Shown here: positions 37,448 through 47,800 of the stretch, one piece after another
Layout of the letters: each line of letters starts with the position of its first letter
How positions within the stretch are numbered: the first letter of the stretch is position 1
Origin: an uncultured virus (IMG/VR IMGVR_UViG_3300025382_000006)
Lineage: Duplodnaviria; Heunggongvirae; Uroviricota; Caudoviricetes
DNA: 64,000 bases
Strand: one strand, 5' to 3'
IMG/VR virus record: IMGVR_UViG_3300025382_000006
Translations under genes and position numbers: made by a program
The notes under the pieces: model-generated
Seen by the model: only the letters and a program-made list of their open reading frames with translations
Database searches by the model: none
Told to the model about the DNA's origin: nothing

Positions 37448-39898
37448 ATGTCAACATTAGATTTAGGAAAAATTAAACAACTTTGGAGAGGTACTTGGAG
37501 TCCTAGCAACAGCTATTTGCCCAACGATATTGTGGCATACAACGGCGCTGTTTGGATTTGTACCCAAGGTCACGGTGTTGGCACAAGCACTGAATTTAGC
37601 CCAGGTAAAAGAGATCGTTCAAATGTTTTGTCAAAAACAGTGGATGCAAATGAAATCAACGTGTTTTATGTAACTGTAGGAACCGTCAGTAACGTTAACT
37701 ACTTTTTTATAGACGGTAGAGCTTACCCAAGTTTAACATTATATGCTAACGTTCACTATAGATTTTATCAGAAAGATAACAGCAATCTTACACACAGATT
37801 TGCTTTATCAACTACAGCAGATGGTTATTTTGGAACTAACGGTGTAGAACTAAGCACTAGTTCTACAACTTATACATATCAATATAATGGAACTCCTGGC
37901 ATTGATGGTGTATTAGATGTAATTTTACCTAGCTCTTTGGTTGGTACTTTATATTATTTCTCAGCTACTGATACAGGATATGGCGGAGCCGCTTTAACTC
38001 CTAAACCAGCAATTACTGTGACTCCGTCATTTAGAGGATATCAGTATTGGGATCAGTTGACTTCTGGCTATAGATTCCAAGGAGCCTATAATGCAATTAC
38101 ACAGTACTACTATAACGATATAGTAGAATATCAAGGAGCAACTTATCTAGCTCTTGCAGATTCAATTGGATCATTCCCAACTAATCCTATAACTGGCAGT
38201 GCTGGGCATAACTGGATGCTATTGGTTAACGGAGATCGTAGAACAGAACACAATAGTGTGGGCTGGTTTATGAACAAAGGACCAATCAACTGGCCTTATC
38301 CACACGGAAACAGCGGTAACGGTAATCATAGTAAAAGTATGAAGTGGATCAGTCGTTCTGGTCGCGTGTATCAACACGGCACTGGCGATACTTATAATAA
38401 CGGATTAAATAACACAGCTAACGGCGGTAACGGTACTGCTCCTATACAAATTAGTTTCCCGCAAGAAATAACATTCAATCATGCTGATTGGTGGAACAGT
38501 CGTGATAATGGCGGTCCAGGCCGTCTAGTTACCCCAGATGGTATGCCGCCACGTTGCATCCAAATCGAAGCTGGATATCAGTGGGCTCACTATTTGTTTA
38601 ATAACGGTGAAGTTTGGGGCAACGGAAACAATTCACAAGGATACTTGGGTACAGGTGATAACACTAATATTGGTATGCCTAAGCGTGTAATTGGTCTTAA
38701 CGATGTAAAAATTATTAAAATTTCAGCTCCTTATGGCCCAGCTAGTGATGCACACCATGTATTAGCATTAGATGATCAAGGTAACGTATGGACTTGGGGT
38801 GCAAACAACGTAGGTCAATTGGGATTAGGTACCACAAGTGATATGTGGACCGCACAACGTTTGCCACGTACATATTTCAATAACGAGCGTGTGATAGACA
38901 TATTGGCAATGGGCCCAGCAGGTTCAGGCGTTAGTTATGCACGTACAGCTCAGAACAACTTGTATGCATGGGGCTATAATGCCGCAAGCCAATTGGGTAC
39001 TAACGATACTAACACTAGATATCGTCCAACACAAATGACAAACTGGACACCGACTACTAGTCTTGGTATTACCAAATGGCAAGCAGCCAACGTAGGTTCT
39101 AATGCTACGTTTATGTTACTAGATGGTCAAGGTTTCTTGTGGCAAACTGGTGCAGATGCATACGGAGCTTCTGGTAATGCTATTGCTTCTACCAGAACAC
39201 AATTAACTAAATCAACAATTGGTATCAACGGTTCTATCACAAACTTTTGGCTATTATGGAGTAGTGATAACTCTGCGTTTGTACAAAACGTTGTAAGAGC
39301 TGTAAACGGCCAAACTTATATCTGTGGCGCTAGTTCTACTTTAACTTCTGGAAATAACACACTGGGTTATAGCAGTGCTACTACACCTGCTACTGGACAG
39401 TTGATAACATCAACAAATAATCCTCTAGCATTAACATTAGGTAGCAGTCAAGGAATTGTAAACGTGGTAGATGTGTTTATACATCTTGCCAGTTCAGGCG
39501 CTTACAGAACCATTACATTTTTAACTGCTTCCGGCAAAGTATTCAGCCAAGGCTATAATTACTATGGCGAACTAGGCAACCCTGGCGTTCCTGGCGGTAC
39601 ATCTAATCCAGTTGACGAAAGTGGTAGCACATACTATCCAGTATCAACTTATGTTCCACCTGGAACCAAGCTAGTACAACTTATGCCTAGCGGTTGGGGC
39701 AACACTGATCAAAGTTATCCACATGCCATGTTTGCTATAGCTGATAGTGGCCAAGTATTTGCTTGGGGCGAAGGCAACGGTAACGTGGCTGTAACTACAG
39801 CAGATAGTATGTCTTTTACAGGATTCCTATTGAACGTTAGCGGCGGCACACAAGGCCTAGGCGTATTCATGCCAACTAACATACAATATGCAAGGTAA
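37448..39898 (+). CDS. RCC1-repeat fibre protein 2
   Basis: GNVWTWGANNVGQLG, LYAWGYNAASQLG, GYNYYGELG. Confidence 0.8.
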   Translation: MSTLDLGKIKQLWRGTWSPSNSYLPNDIVAYNGAVWICTQGHGVGTSTEFSPGKRDRSNVLSKTVDANEINVFYVTVGTVSNVNYFFIDGRAYPSLTLYANVHYRFYQKDNSNLTHRFALSTTADGYFGTNGVELSTSSTTYTYQYNGTPGIDGVLDVILPSSLVGTLYYFSATDTGYGGAALTPKPAITVTPSFRGYQYWDQLTSGYRFQGAYNAITQYYYNDIVEYQGATYLALADSIGSFPTNPITGSAGHNWMLLVNGDRRTEHNSVGWFMNKGPINWPYPHGNSGNGNHSKSMKWISRSGRVYQHGTGDTYNNGLNNTANGGNGTAPIQISFPQEITFNHADWWNSRDNGGPGRLVTPDGMPPRCIQIEAGYQWAHYLFNNGEVWGNGNNSQGYLGTGDNTNIGMPKRVIGLNDVKIIKISAPYGPASDAHHVLALDDQGNVWTWGANNVGQLGLGTTSDMWTAQRLPRTYFNNERVIDILAMGPAGSGVSYARTAQNNLYAWGYNAASQLGTNDTNTRYRPTQMTNWTPTTSLGITKWQAANVGSNATFMLLDGQGFLWQTGADAYGASGNAIASTRTQLTKSTIGINGSITNFWLLWSSDNSAFVQNVVRAVNGQTYICGASSTLTSGNNTLGYSSATTPATGQLITSTNNPLALTLGSSQGIVNVVDVFIHLASSGAYRTITFLTASGKVFSQGYNYYGELGNPGVPGGTSNPVDESGSTYYPVSTYVPPGTKLVQLMPSGWGNTDQSYPHAMFAIADSGQVFAWGEGNGNVAVTTADSMSFTGFLLNVSGGTQGLGVFMPTNIQYAR

Positions 39899-39899
39899 C

Positions 39900-40301
39900 A
39901 TGAGAAAAATTCTTAGTCACATTACTGGAGATTTAACTGGCTTTCAAGATGCTGAACATCTTGACGGATTTATTCCTAAAGTCAGTTATAAATTGCTTGG
40001 CACTGTGGACGACAAGGAGTTTTATAGTTTTGATACTGCTGTGGTAATACCAGCTGACAACGATGAAAAATTTCAAATGAAAATATACGATGTCACTGAT
40101 CCAGCAGACAAAGCCTACCTTGATTCAGTAAAAGACAAACTATGGGTAGTAAGAGAAGAATTACAAGATATTAAAAGCAAGCTGACCATGGATCTATTTA
40201 CAGTATTAACCAACTTAGCAGTTGGCGATAAATATACTATAGATACACTAACAGCACTTAAAAAAGAACACGACGATTACCTAAGTAATCTAGGATTTTA
40301 A
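39900..40301 (+). CDS. Hypothetical protein, possible fibre chaperone
   Basis: Charged soluble-type ORF between RCC1 genes; ATG 39900 preferred over 39888. Confidence 0.55.
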   Translation: MRKILSHITGDLTGFQDAEHLDGFIPKVSYKLLGTVDDKEFYSFDTAVVIPADNDEKFQMKIYDVTDPADKAYLDSVKDKLWVVREELQDIKSKLTMDLFTVLTNLAVGDKYTIDTLTALKKEHDDYLSNLGF

Positions 40302-40313
40302 CAGGACAACATC

Positions 40314-42764
40314 ATGGGATTAACCGTTTCTCAATTCAAATTTAGCTACAGAGGCCAATGGCAATCATCTACACTGTACAAAAAGAACGATATAGTACAA
40401 TATAACAATGCCGCTTATGTTTGCTTGCAAGACGTTCAAGACGAGTGGAAAATTGCCATGGAAAAGGATGTTAATACACAATCCTCTTACACTGGAACTC
40501 CTGAAATTTATTTTGTAGACAAGCGTCCTGATCTAGAAACACAATATTTCCGTTTGATTGTACGTGGTAATCAGTTCAAACGTGGTTGGGCGCCTCACAG
40601 AGTTTATGTGTATGGCGACATAGTGCGTTACGGTGGCGATCTTTATATGTATACTGGTATGCCAGGCCAAGGCGCAACAGCAACAGCAGTTATCAACGGC
40701 CAAGGCAGTATTGTTAACGTAATCATAACTAACGGAGGTACTGGTTACAGTCAAGCTCCACTGGTAACATTTGGATTTGACAGCTTGAGAGGCAGTTTTG
40801 GCGCTCAAGGATATGCCACTATATCACCAACAGGTGCAGTTACCGGTGTGGTAATAACAAGCCCAGGTATTGGCTATCAAACAGCGCCTACAGTATTTTT
40901 TAACTTTGCTCCTGTACGTAACACACATCCAGAAGATCCTACCTATTGGGTAAGAGTATTTCAAAGCCCTAGCAGAGATTCTAGACGTTTGTATGCCACA
41001 GTTTTTGCTAACCATCAACCTTTAGGTTGGACTCGTAACAATGGTGACTATCCAAATACACAAGTTTCAGATGGTAATACTATAAATTGGATTGGAGCAG
41101 ACGGTGTTCCTTATAGTAACGGCTGGTCTAGTGTGTCCCTTAACGCTGTAGGTCGAGGCATTAGAGATTACACAAATAGTTGGCAACCTGCTACATTTAC
41201 ATTTGTAGATTGGTTACGTTCTACTGATAATGCTTCTAGTTTAGGACTAGGCGCATTACCAAACACATGGTTACCTACACCAGATGGATTGCCTCCAAGA
41301 TGCATTCAATGGGTAAGAACATTTAACCAGTCATGCTGGGTATTTAACAATGGTGAAGTTTATTTTTCAGGATATAACAATGCATCGGGCCAAGCAGGCA
41401 ATTCAGGTACTAGCCAATACAACAACACTACCCGAGTAACCAACGTAGGTACAACTGGTTGGTTAGGCGACACACTACCTCGCAGTTTTAATCAAACTAA
41501 GATTGTTAAAGTTGATTCTTCAGGATCAGGTCTACAAAGTTCGTTACAGTTGTCATGGTATGCACTGGGTAGCGATGGCAGTATGTGGGCATGGGGATAC
41601 AACCAATCAGGACAACTAGGGTTAGGTGCAACAACAACTAACACTACTATCACTGGTTCTTATGTAAACCAAACACAGCCTATCAGAATTCCAGGCGTAT
41701 TTTTTGATAACAAAAAGATTGTTGACTTTATTGCATTTGGTGGTGATACAGGATCAGTATTAGCCATAGATGAAGACGGTGACCTATGGGGTTGGGGATC
41801 AGATTGGTCAGGCGAATTAGGTATGGGTGGGCAAGTTAGTACCAACAACTATAGAGATATACCTACTCGTGTGCCATTTGACTTTAAGAAATTTGGCGGC
41901 ATTAAAAAGATGACATTTGCTCATTATACTGGAGCCAACAACCGTTGGGTACTAATACTAACTAACGACGGCAGTTTATTTGGTGCTGGTGCAATACCTC
42001 AAGCGATGAGCCCATTAACTCCTATGTATTCAGTTGCGGCGCAGGTAACCAATGGCGCAGGTAACTATCTAAATAGATTCACTAAGTATCAAACTACCAA
42101 CTATAATATTAAACAGGTAGAAAATGTATGGATTCTAGGCGATGCTTATTCAAACAATGTGTTCATCCGTGAAAAAGACACAGGATTAACCTACGGTATG
42201 GGCGACAACAGAAGAAATACTATTTCTCCACAGTCAAGCAACTACAGTACTAACGCTCAAGGCGCTACTGGTCCATGGGCATTGATTCGTGGTCCGCGCA
42301 ACGTAGTGACTATTACTAACAATGAACAGGGTAATCAAGGCGCAACTTCCACCAGCCAATTTACTATTATGATGTTGGATGAAAGCGGTCGCGTATGGGG
42401 TCAGGGAACCAACAGTTATGGTAGTTTGAGTTTAGGATATAGCTCACAAGCTGCCGCAGTATCTAGCAACGATCAAACACAAGATCCAGAAACAGGTGGA
42501 TGGTATCACTACTGGCCAGCACGTATGCCTAGCAACGTGAGAATAACAACCATTATGGGCTTTGGCGTACCAGGTAATGATTTGTCAGGATTCATTACAG
42601 ATGACGGACAAGTATTATTCTGCGGTGTAGACGGTACTAGTAACAACGTCTCGACAGGAATACAGGGCGGTGTAAACTACATCTATTTGTATTACAAAGT
42701 ACAAACTACAAGTAACAACAACGGTGTTCCACGTTTTACCATGCACAGCATGTTGGGCGATTAA
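40314..42764 (+). CDS. RCC1-repeat fibre protein 3
   Basis: GSMWAWGYNQSGQLG, GDLWGWGSDWSGELG. Confidence 0.8.
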   Translation: MGLTVSQFKFSYRGQWQSSTLYKKNDIVQYNNAAYVCLQDVQDEWKIAMEKDVNTQSSYTGTPEIYFVDKRPDLETQYFRLIVRGNQFKRGWAPHRVYVYGDIVRYGGDLYMYTGMPGQGATATAVINGQGSIVNVIITNGGTGYSQAPLVTFGFDSLRGSFGAQGYATISPTGAVTGVVITSPGIGYQTAPTVFFNFAPVRNTHPEDPTYWVRVFQSPSRDSRRLYATVFANHQPLGWTRNNGDYPNTQVSDGNTINWIGADGVPYSNGWSSVSLNAVGRGIRDYTNSWQPATFTFVDWLRSTDNASSLGLGALPNTWLPTPDGLPPRCIQWVRTFNQSCWVFNNGEVYFSGYNNASGQAGNSGTSQYNNTTRVTNVGTTGWLGDTLPRSFNQTKIVKVDSSGSGLQSSLQLSWYALGSDGSMWAWGYNQSGQLGLGATTTNTTITGSYVNQTQPIRIPGVFFDNKKIVDFIAFGGDTGSVLAIDEDGDLWGWGSDWSGELGMGGQVSTNNYRDIPTRVPFDFKKFGGIKKMTFAHYTGANNRWVLILTNDGSLFGAGAIPQAMSPLTPMYSVAAQVTNGAGNYLNRFTKYQTTNYNIKQVENVWILGDAYSNNVFIREKDTGLTYGMGDNRRNTISPQSSNYSTNAQGATGPWALIRGPRNVVTITNNEQGNQGATSTSQFTIMMLDESGRVWGQGTNSYGSLSLGYSSQAAAVSSNDQTQDPETGGWYHYWPARMPSNVRITTIMGFGVPGNDLSGFITDDGQVLFCGVDGTSNNVSTGIQGGVNYIYLYYKVQTTSNNNGVPRFTMHSMLGD

Positions 42765-42782
42765 AATTTTTAGGAAAATAAG

Positions 42783-44777
42783 ATGGCAAAAACCACATTA
42801 CAATTACGCAGAGGAACCACAGCAGACAATGCTACCTTTACTGGTGCAGTCGGCGAGGTCATTGTCAACACAACTACTAACAGCCTAGTAGTACACGATG
42901 GTACAACGGTTGGTGGTTTTGCTCAAGCACCTTTGGCAAGTCCAGCATTTACAGGAACACCTACAGCTCCTACAGCTACAGCCGGCACAAATACAACACA
43001 GGTGGCTACAACAGCGTTTGTAACCACAGCAGTGGCCAACTATACACCTAGTTTGACTACTACTAGTGTATCAGAAGGTAGCAATCAGTATTTTACACAG
43101 TCTCGTGCAAGAAGTTCAGTTAGTGCTACTGGTAGTATCAACTATAACAGCAGTACAGGTGTGTTTAGTTATACACAGCCTACTAACATATCAGCATTTA
43201 TTAACGACGTTAACTATTTGACATCGTCAAATGTTCTAAATCAATTGAGTGTTAGTGATCCTAGCAATTCTTTGACTTATAATAGTGCTAACGGTGTTTT
43301 TACTTTTGTTCAATCAATTACAAGTGTTAATAATCAAACTGGTGTTATTGTTCTAACTACAGATCAAATTTCTCAAGGAACAACCAACAAGTACGCAACT
43401 ACTGCTAATATTCAATCAGCATTGGCTGGTGGTGGCGTTAGCAATTCAATGTTGGCCAACAGCACAATTACTGTTAACGGTTCAACATTAACATTGGGTG
43501 GAACAAGTACAATTACAGCGGCAGCTGGTACACTAACTGGCGCAACATTAAATTCAACAGTATTAAACTCAAGTTTGACCAGTGTTGGAACACTGACAAG
43601 TTTATCAGTTAGTGTTGGAACAGGTAGTTTAAGCAATCAAGGTGCTATCACTGTTGGTACACAGACATTTAACGATGTTAATATTTTAGCCAGTTTTGTA
43701 TCCAACACCAATAATTACAATCAGATTACAATTCAAAATGCCAATGCTGGTAATAATGCAAGTGCAAACATTGTTGCCTATAACAATGCTGGTACCGCAA
43801 GTGCTAACTATGTAGAATTAGGTATCAACTCTACAACCTATAACAGTACAGCATATGGTATTGGTTCACTAAATGCCGCCGGATATAGCGTTTTAGCATC
43901 TGCTACTACCGATCTAGCAATTGGAACTTATAGTGCCAACGCAATTCGCTTACAAGTAAATGCGGCAACAAATGCATTAGATTCAGTCACAATTTCATCA
44001 ACAGGTAAAACTGGTGTCAACAACATGACTCCAACATATCAGTTGGATGTTGGCGGCGATGTTAACATGACAGGCGCATTGCGCATGGGTGGTAGTGCTG
44101 GCACAGCCGGGCAAGTATTGATTACCAACGGCGCCAGCAAATCAATAGCAGTAACTGGTGTAGCCAGTTCAGGAACTACAGCTACTTTAACATTTGCCAG
44201 CATTGGATATGTGTTGTTCAGCGTAGGATCAGCTATCAACGTAGCCGGTCTAACACCAGTAGGCTATAATGGTAGCTTTACCGTTACAGCTAGCTCAACT
44301 ACTACAGTAACATATACCACATCGGGTAGCAATTTAGGTAATACAGGATTTACATTGGGTGCAGGTACAGTAACAGGTACTATAGCACCTACATGGTCAA
44401 ACATTAGTAGCAGTTTACCAAACATCACACAGTTAGACAGTTGGAATCGAGGCGCTGACGCCAATTACACAATAAACGGCGGAACCACTGTTTTTAGCCC
44501 TACAAACAACGGAAATGCGGTAAGCGTAACTTACCCTGTTCAGCTTTTAGTGCATAAAAATGGGGTATATCAGCAACCTTGGCTAAATAATAGTAGACCA
44601 GTGTGGAACACATTGACACGATACGGCGATTACACAGTAACCGCTGGACAAGTTGTTTTTACAAGTCCACCGCAGTATGGAGATATAATTAGTGCAATAG
44701 TAATGATAGGTAACGTAACTAACCCAGTTTACACCACTTATCCTTTCACTGCACTAGATATAGCAACAGGAACTTAA
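42783..44777 (+). CDS. Tail fibre with Mtd-type N-terminal domain
   Basis: LQLRRGTT...GEVIVNT...VVHDG; APLASPAFTGTPTAPT...VATTAFV fibre repeat. Confidence 0.75.
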   Translation: MAKTTLQLRRGTTADNATFTGAVGEVIVNTTTNSLVVHDGTTVGGFAQAPLASPAFTGTPTAPTATAGTNTTQVATTAFVTTAVANYTPSLTTTSVSEGSNQYFTQSRARSSVSATGSINYNSSTGVFSYTQPTNISAFINDVNYLTSSNVLNQLSVSDPSNSLTYNSANGVFTFVQSITSVNNQTGVIVLTTDQISQGTTNKYATTANIQSALAGGGVSNSMLANSTITVNGSTLTLGGTSTITAAAGTLTGATLNSTVLNSSLTSVGTLTSLSVSVGTGSLSNQGAITVGTQTFNDVNILASFVSNTNNYNQITIQNANAGNNASANIVAYNNAGTASANYVELGINSTTYNSTAYGIGSLNAAGYSVLASATTDLAIGTYSANAIRLQVNAATNALDSVTISSTGKTGVNNMTPTYQLDVGGDVNMTGALRMGGSAGTAGQVLITNGASKSIAVTGVASSGTTATLTFASIGYVLFSVGSAINVAGLTPVGYNGSFTVTASSTTTVTYTTSGSNLGNTGFTLGAGTVTGTIAPTWSNISSSLPNITQLDSWNRGADANYTINGGTTVFSPTNNGNAVSVTYPVQLLVHKNGVYQQPWLNNSRPVWNTLTRYGDYTVTAGQVVFTSPPQYGDIISAIVMIGNVTNPVYTTYPFTALDIATGT

Positions 44778-44802
44778 GCCTAAATATTGGAGAAATAACA
44801 AA

Positions 44803-47800
44803 ATGGCAAGAAAAATATTAGTTGACACAGCATACACATTCACTCCTTCGACCGCCACTATCGTAATTCCACGATACATACCAAGAGAAAGATTGATTCT
44901 GATCACTGACGTCACCAACAATACCGTATTATATAACTTTTCAGACACAACATTGAAAGCTACTAGCTATACAGCAGTAGCAGGTCAAGTGTCATGGGGT
45001 GCAAGTGCAGGAACAACAACTATTGTATTAGGCTTCAACACCAATACAGCGGCGTTTAATGCAACTGATAAACTACAGATCATGATTGACGAGTATGTGG
45101 AAACATTTACTCCAGCAGAAGCTCTTCAAGATCCTACAAACAAACTACGTGTAACACTACCACAAAGTTTGATTGATACTGACTTTGAATACTCATTCCA
45201 ACCAACCAAGTGGGAATTCTTCCAAACACAAAACTGGCATGCTAGTATCTATACCAGCACCAGTAACTCAGTTCTATCAATCAACTACGGTGGAGCTGGA
45301 TTCACACTACTTAACTATGCAGTCAGCATCAACGCTAACGTTGGTACTGTAACTGGACTTTCATTATCTAGTGCTCCATATGCTGGTTCATATGTGTACA
45401 TTGTGGACGCCAACGGTACAAGCACTCAGTTCAGTAACTTCCGTTACGCTATTGCAAGTTCAAGCACATCACAGTTTACATTCCCTGTAACAGGTACAAC
45501 TGGTAGCTATACAGTACAAAGCATTACAATTGGTGCTCTACCAGGTACAGCGGCTAACCCAAGCTATGCGGCATTCCAAGTATCTAACAACATCACAGCA
45601 GCCGGTGTTAACTTAACACCAGGTACACCAATTCTAATTGCTGAAACACAAAACGAACCATATTGCGACGGATCATTTGTAGCGGCATTTGTTAGTCAGA
45701 TCCAAGGTGCATTTTCATATTTTCCAAAAATTAACCAGCAGTTCAACGCAAACCAATTGCAAAAAGCACAAACTACTGCATTCGTTGGCGGATACTATGC
45801 GGCAGGTTACGGCATTGGAAGTATTGTGCCTATCAGCGCAATAACAACTGGCTCAGACGGTCGTACAATCACAATTACTACTTATAGTAACCATAACTTT
45901 GTACCAGGTGCTCCTATCTACGTAGGTGGTTTACAAACTGCTATCACTAACGGTAACGGTCCACAGTACATTCAAAGTGTACCAAGCCCATACACTTTCA
46001 CATATAACGTGCCAGCCGGTGTTCCAACTAGCCAGCCAAGTGCAAACGTGTTGCAGAACACTACAGTAGTATATGCTCGTCCAGAATCATTCCAAATCCA
46101 ACGTTCAGGTGACGGCGGTATCGGTATTTTCTCTGGTAACCCAGTGGCGGGTGCTCAAGCATTGCGTCAAACACGTCGTTATTTCCGTTACCAAGCTGGT
46201 AAGGGAATTCAGTTCTCAACTAGTGCAACATTCAAACCAAACTTTGATATTGCTAGTATTACTGTATCTGGTAACATTGCAACAATTACAACAGATCAAG
46301 ACCATGGTTTACAATACGGTGCGATTGTTAACTTGCGTAACATTACAGCGGCAGGCGCCAGTGCAGTTGCCGATATGGGTTTCTATAACAACACATATAG
46401 TGTAAGCCCACAAGTAGTACTAACAGCACGTAGCTTTGGTGTACAGTTGAGCGGTAGCCCAACAGATACCAACCCAGGCGTTGGTATTGGTTCAGTTGAA
46501 GTTGGTTATGCAACAGGTTCATGCATTAGATTTGGACTATTTGATGATCAAAACGGTTTCTTCTACGAATATGATGGTTCATTCTTGAACGCTGTTCGTC
46601 GTAACGGTACAACTATCATGCGTGGTTCAATCAACGTGTTGACTGGTAGTACTATTGTTATTGGTACTGGTTCACAGTATACAAAACAAGTACAAGCAGG
46701 CGATAAAGTTATTATCCGTGGACAAACTTATGAAGTCAACCAGGTGGTTAACGATAACGTGTTGAACATTACTCCAGCATATCGTGCGGCTACTCCAGCG
46801 TTGGCATCAGGTACAGCAGGCTTGCCATTTGCATATATTACTTCTGGTTCTAGCACAAATACTGCAACAGTACAGATGAAGACTACAGCAACAGCAACAA
46901 GTATTACATTTACTTCACTAGTAGGTAGTGGTACAGCTGGCTCAGGCGGTGTAGGTGTAACAGGTGCATATCAGTTACAAGGTACTATTCCACAGATCGT
47001 TGCTACTTCAATTCCATCAGTTACTGCTGTTAACAGCACAACTATCACAGTGGCTAGTGCTACAAGTATCCAACCAGGACAACTAGTTGTTATTACTGGT
47101 GCAGGTTATTTGCCAGCTAACACATTTGTTGCTTCAACTTATGTTTCAGGCTCAACAGTTGTTCCACTAACACAGGGTATTACAACAGCTACTACAGCTA
47201 ACATTGTTGTTGCATTCTATAACAGTCCAGCAAGTGGTATGAACATTGTAGCAACTGGCGGTTCAATGGCACAAGGTATTATTGCCAACGGTACACAGGT
47301 TTCATCATTTACCAACACAGCTGGTAACAACGGTGCTAACTTGACAATTAACTTGTACATTAACCAGGCGGTGATTCTTACAACTACTGCAAGCACATTG
47401 ATTATTGGTTCAGTTCCAGGTTATCAATCAGCCGCTTTGTATACAACAAGTACACAGGTTATTGGCCTAAATACTACATACGGTATTGCTCCAGGTATGA
47501 CTATTACTGGTTCTGGTGTTCCAGGTAACTGTGTGGTTGCTGGTCTAGCAGTTGGTGGTGTTGGTGTTATTCTAAACACTCCAATTACTACTAACGTTAC
47601 TGGTAGTTTGGCATTCCAAGCTAACACAACATTGTATGCATTGACTATTGCTACTGGCGGTTCAAGTGCAAGTTCTGGTGCAACTACACTAACGATGAAC
47701 ACCGTTGCTGGTATTCAAATTGGTAGTTTTGTTACTGGTACAAACGTTCAACAGAATACATTTGTAACTGGTATCAACACAAGTACAAACGTAATCACAT

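Noticed and set aside
42783..44777. Diversity-generating retroelement target
   Set aside because: Only the Mtd-type N-terminal domain is present; no reverse transcriptase or TR/VR repeat pair was seen in the window.
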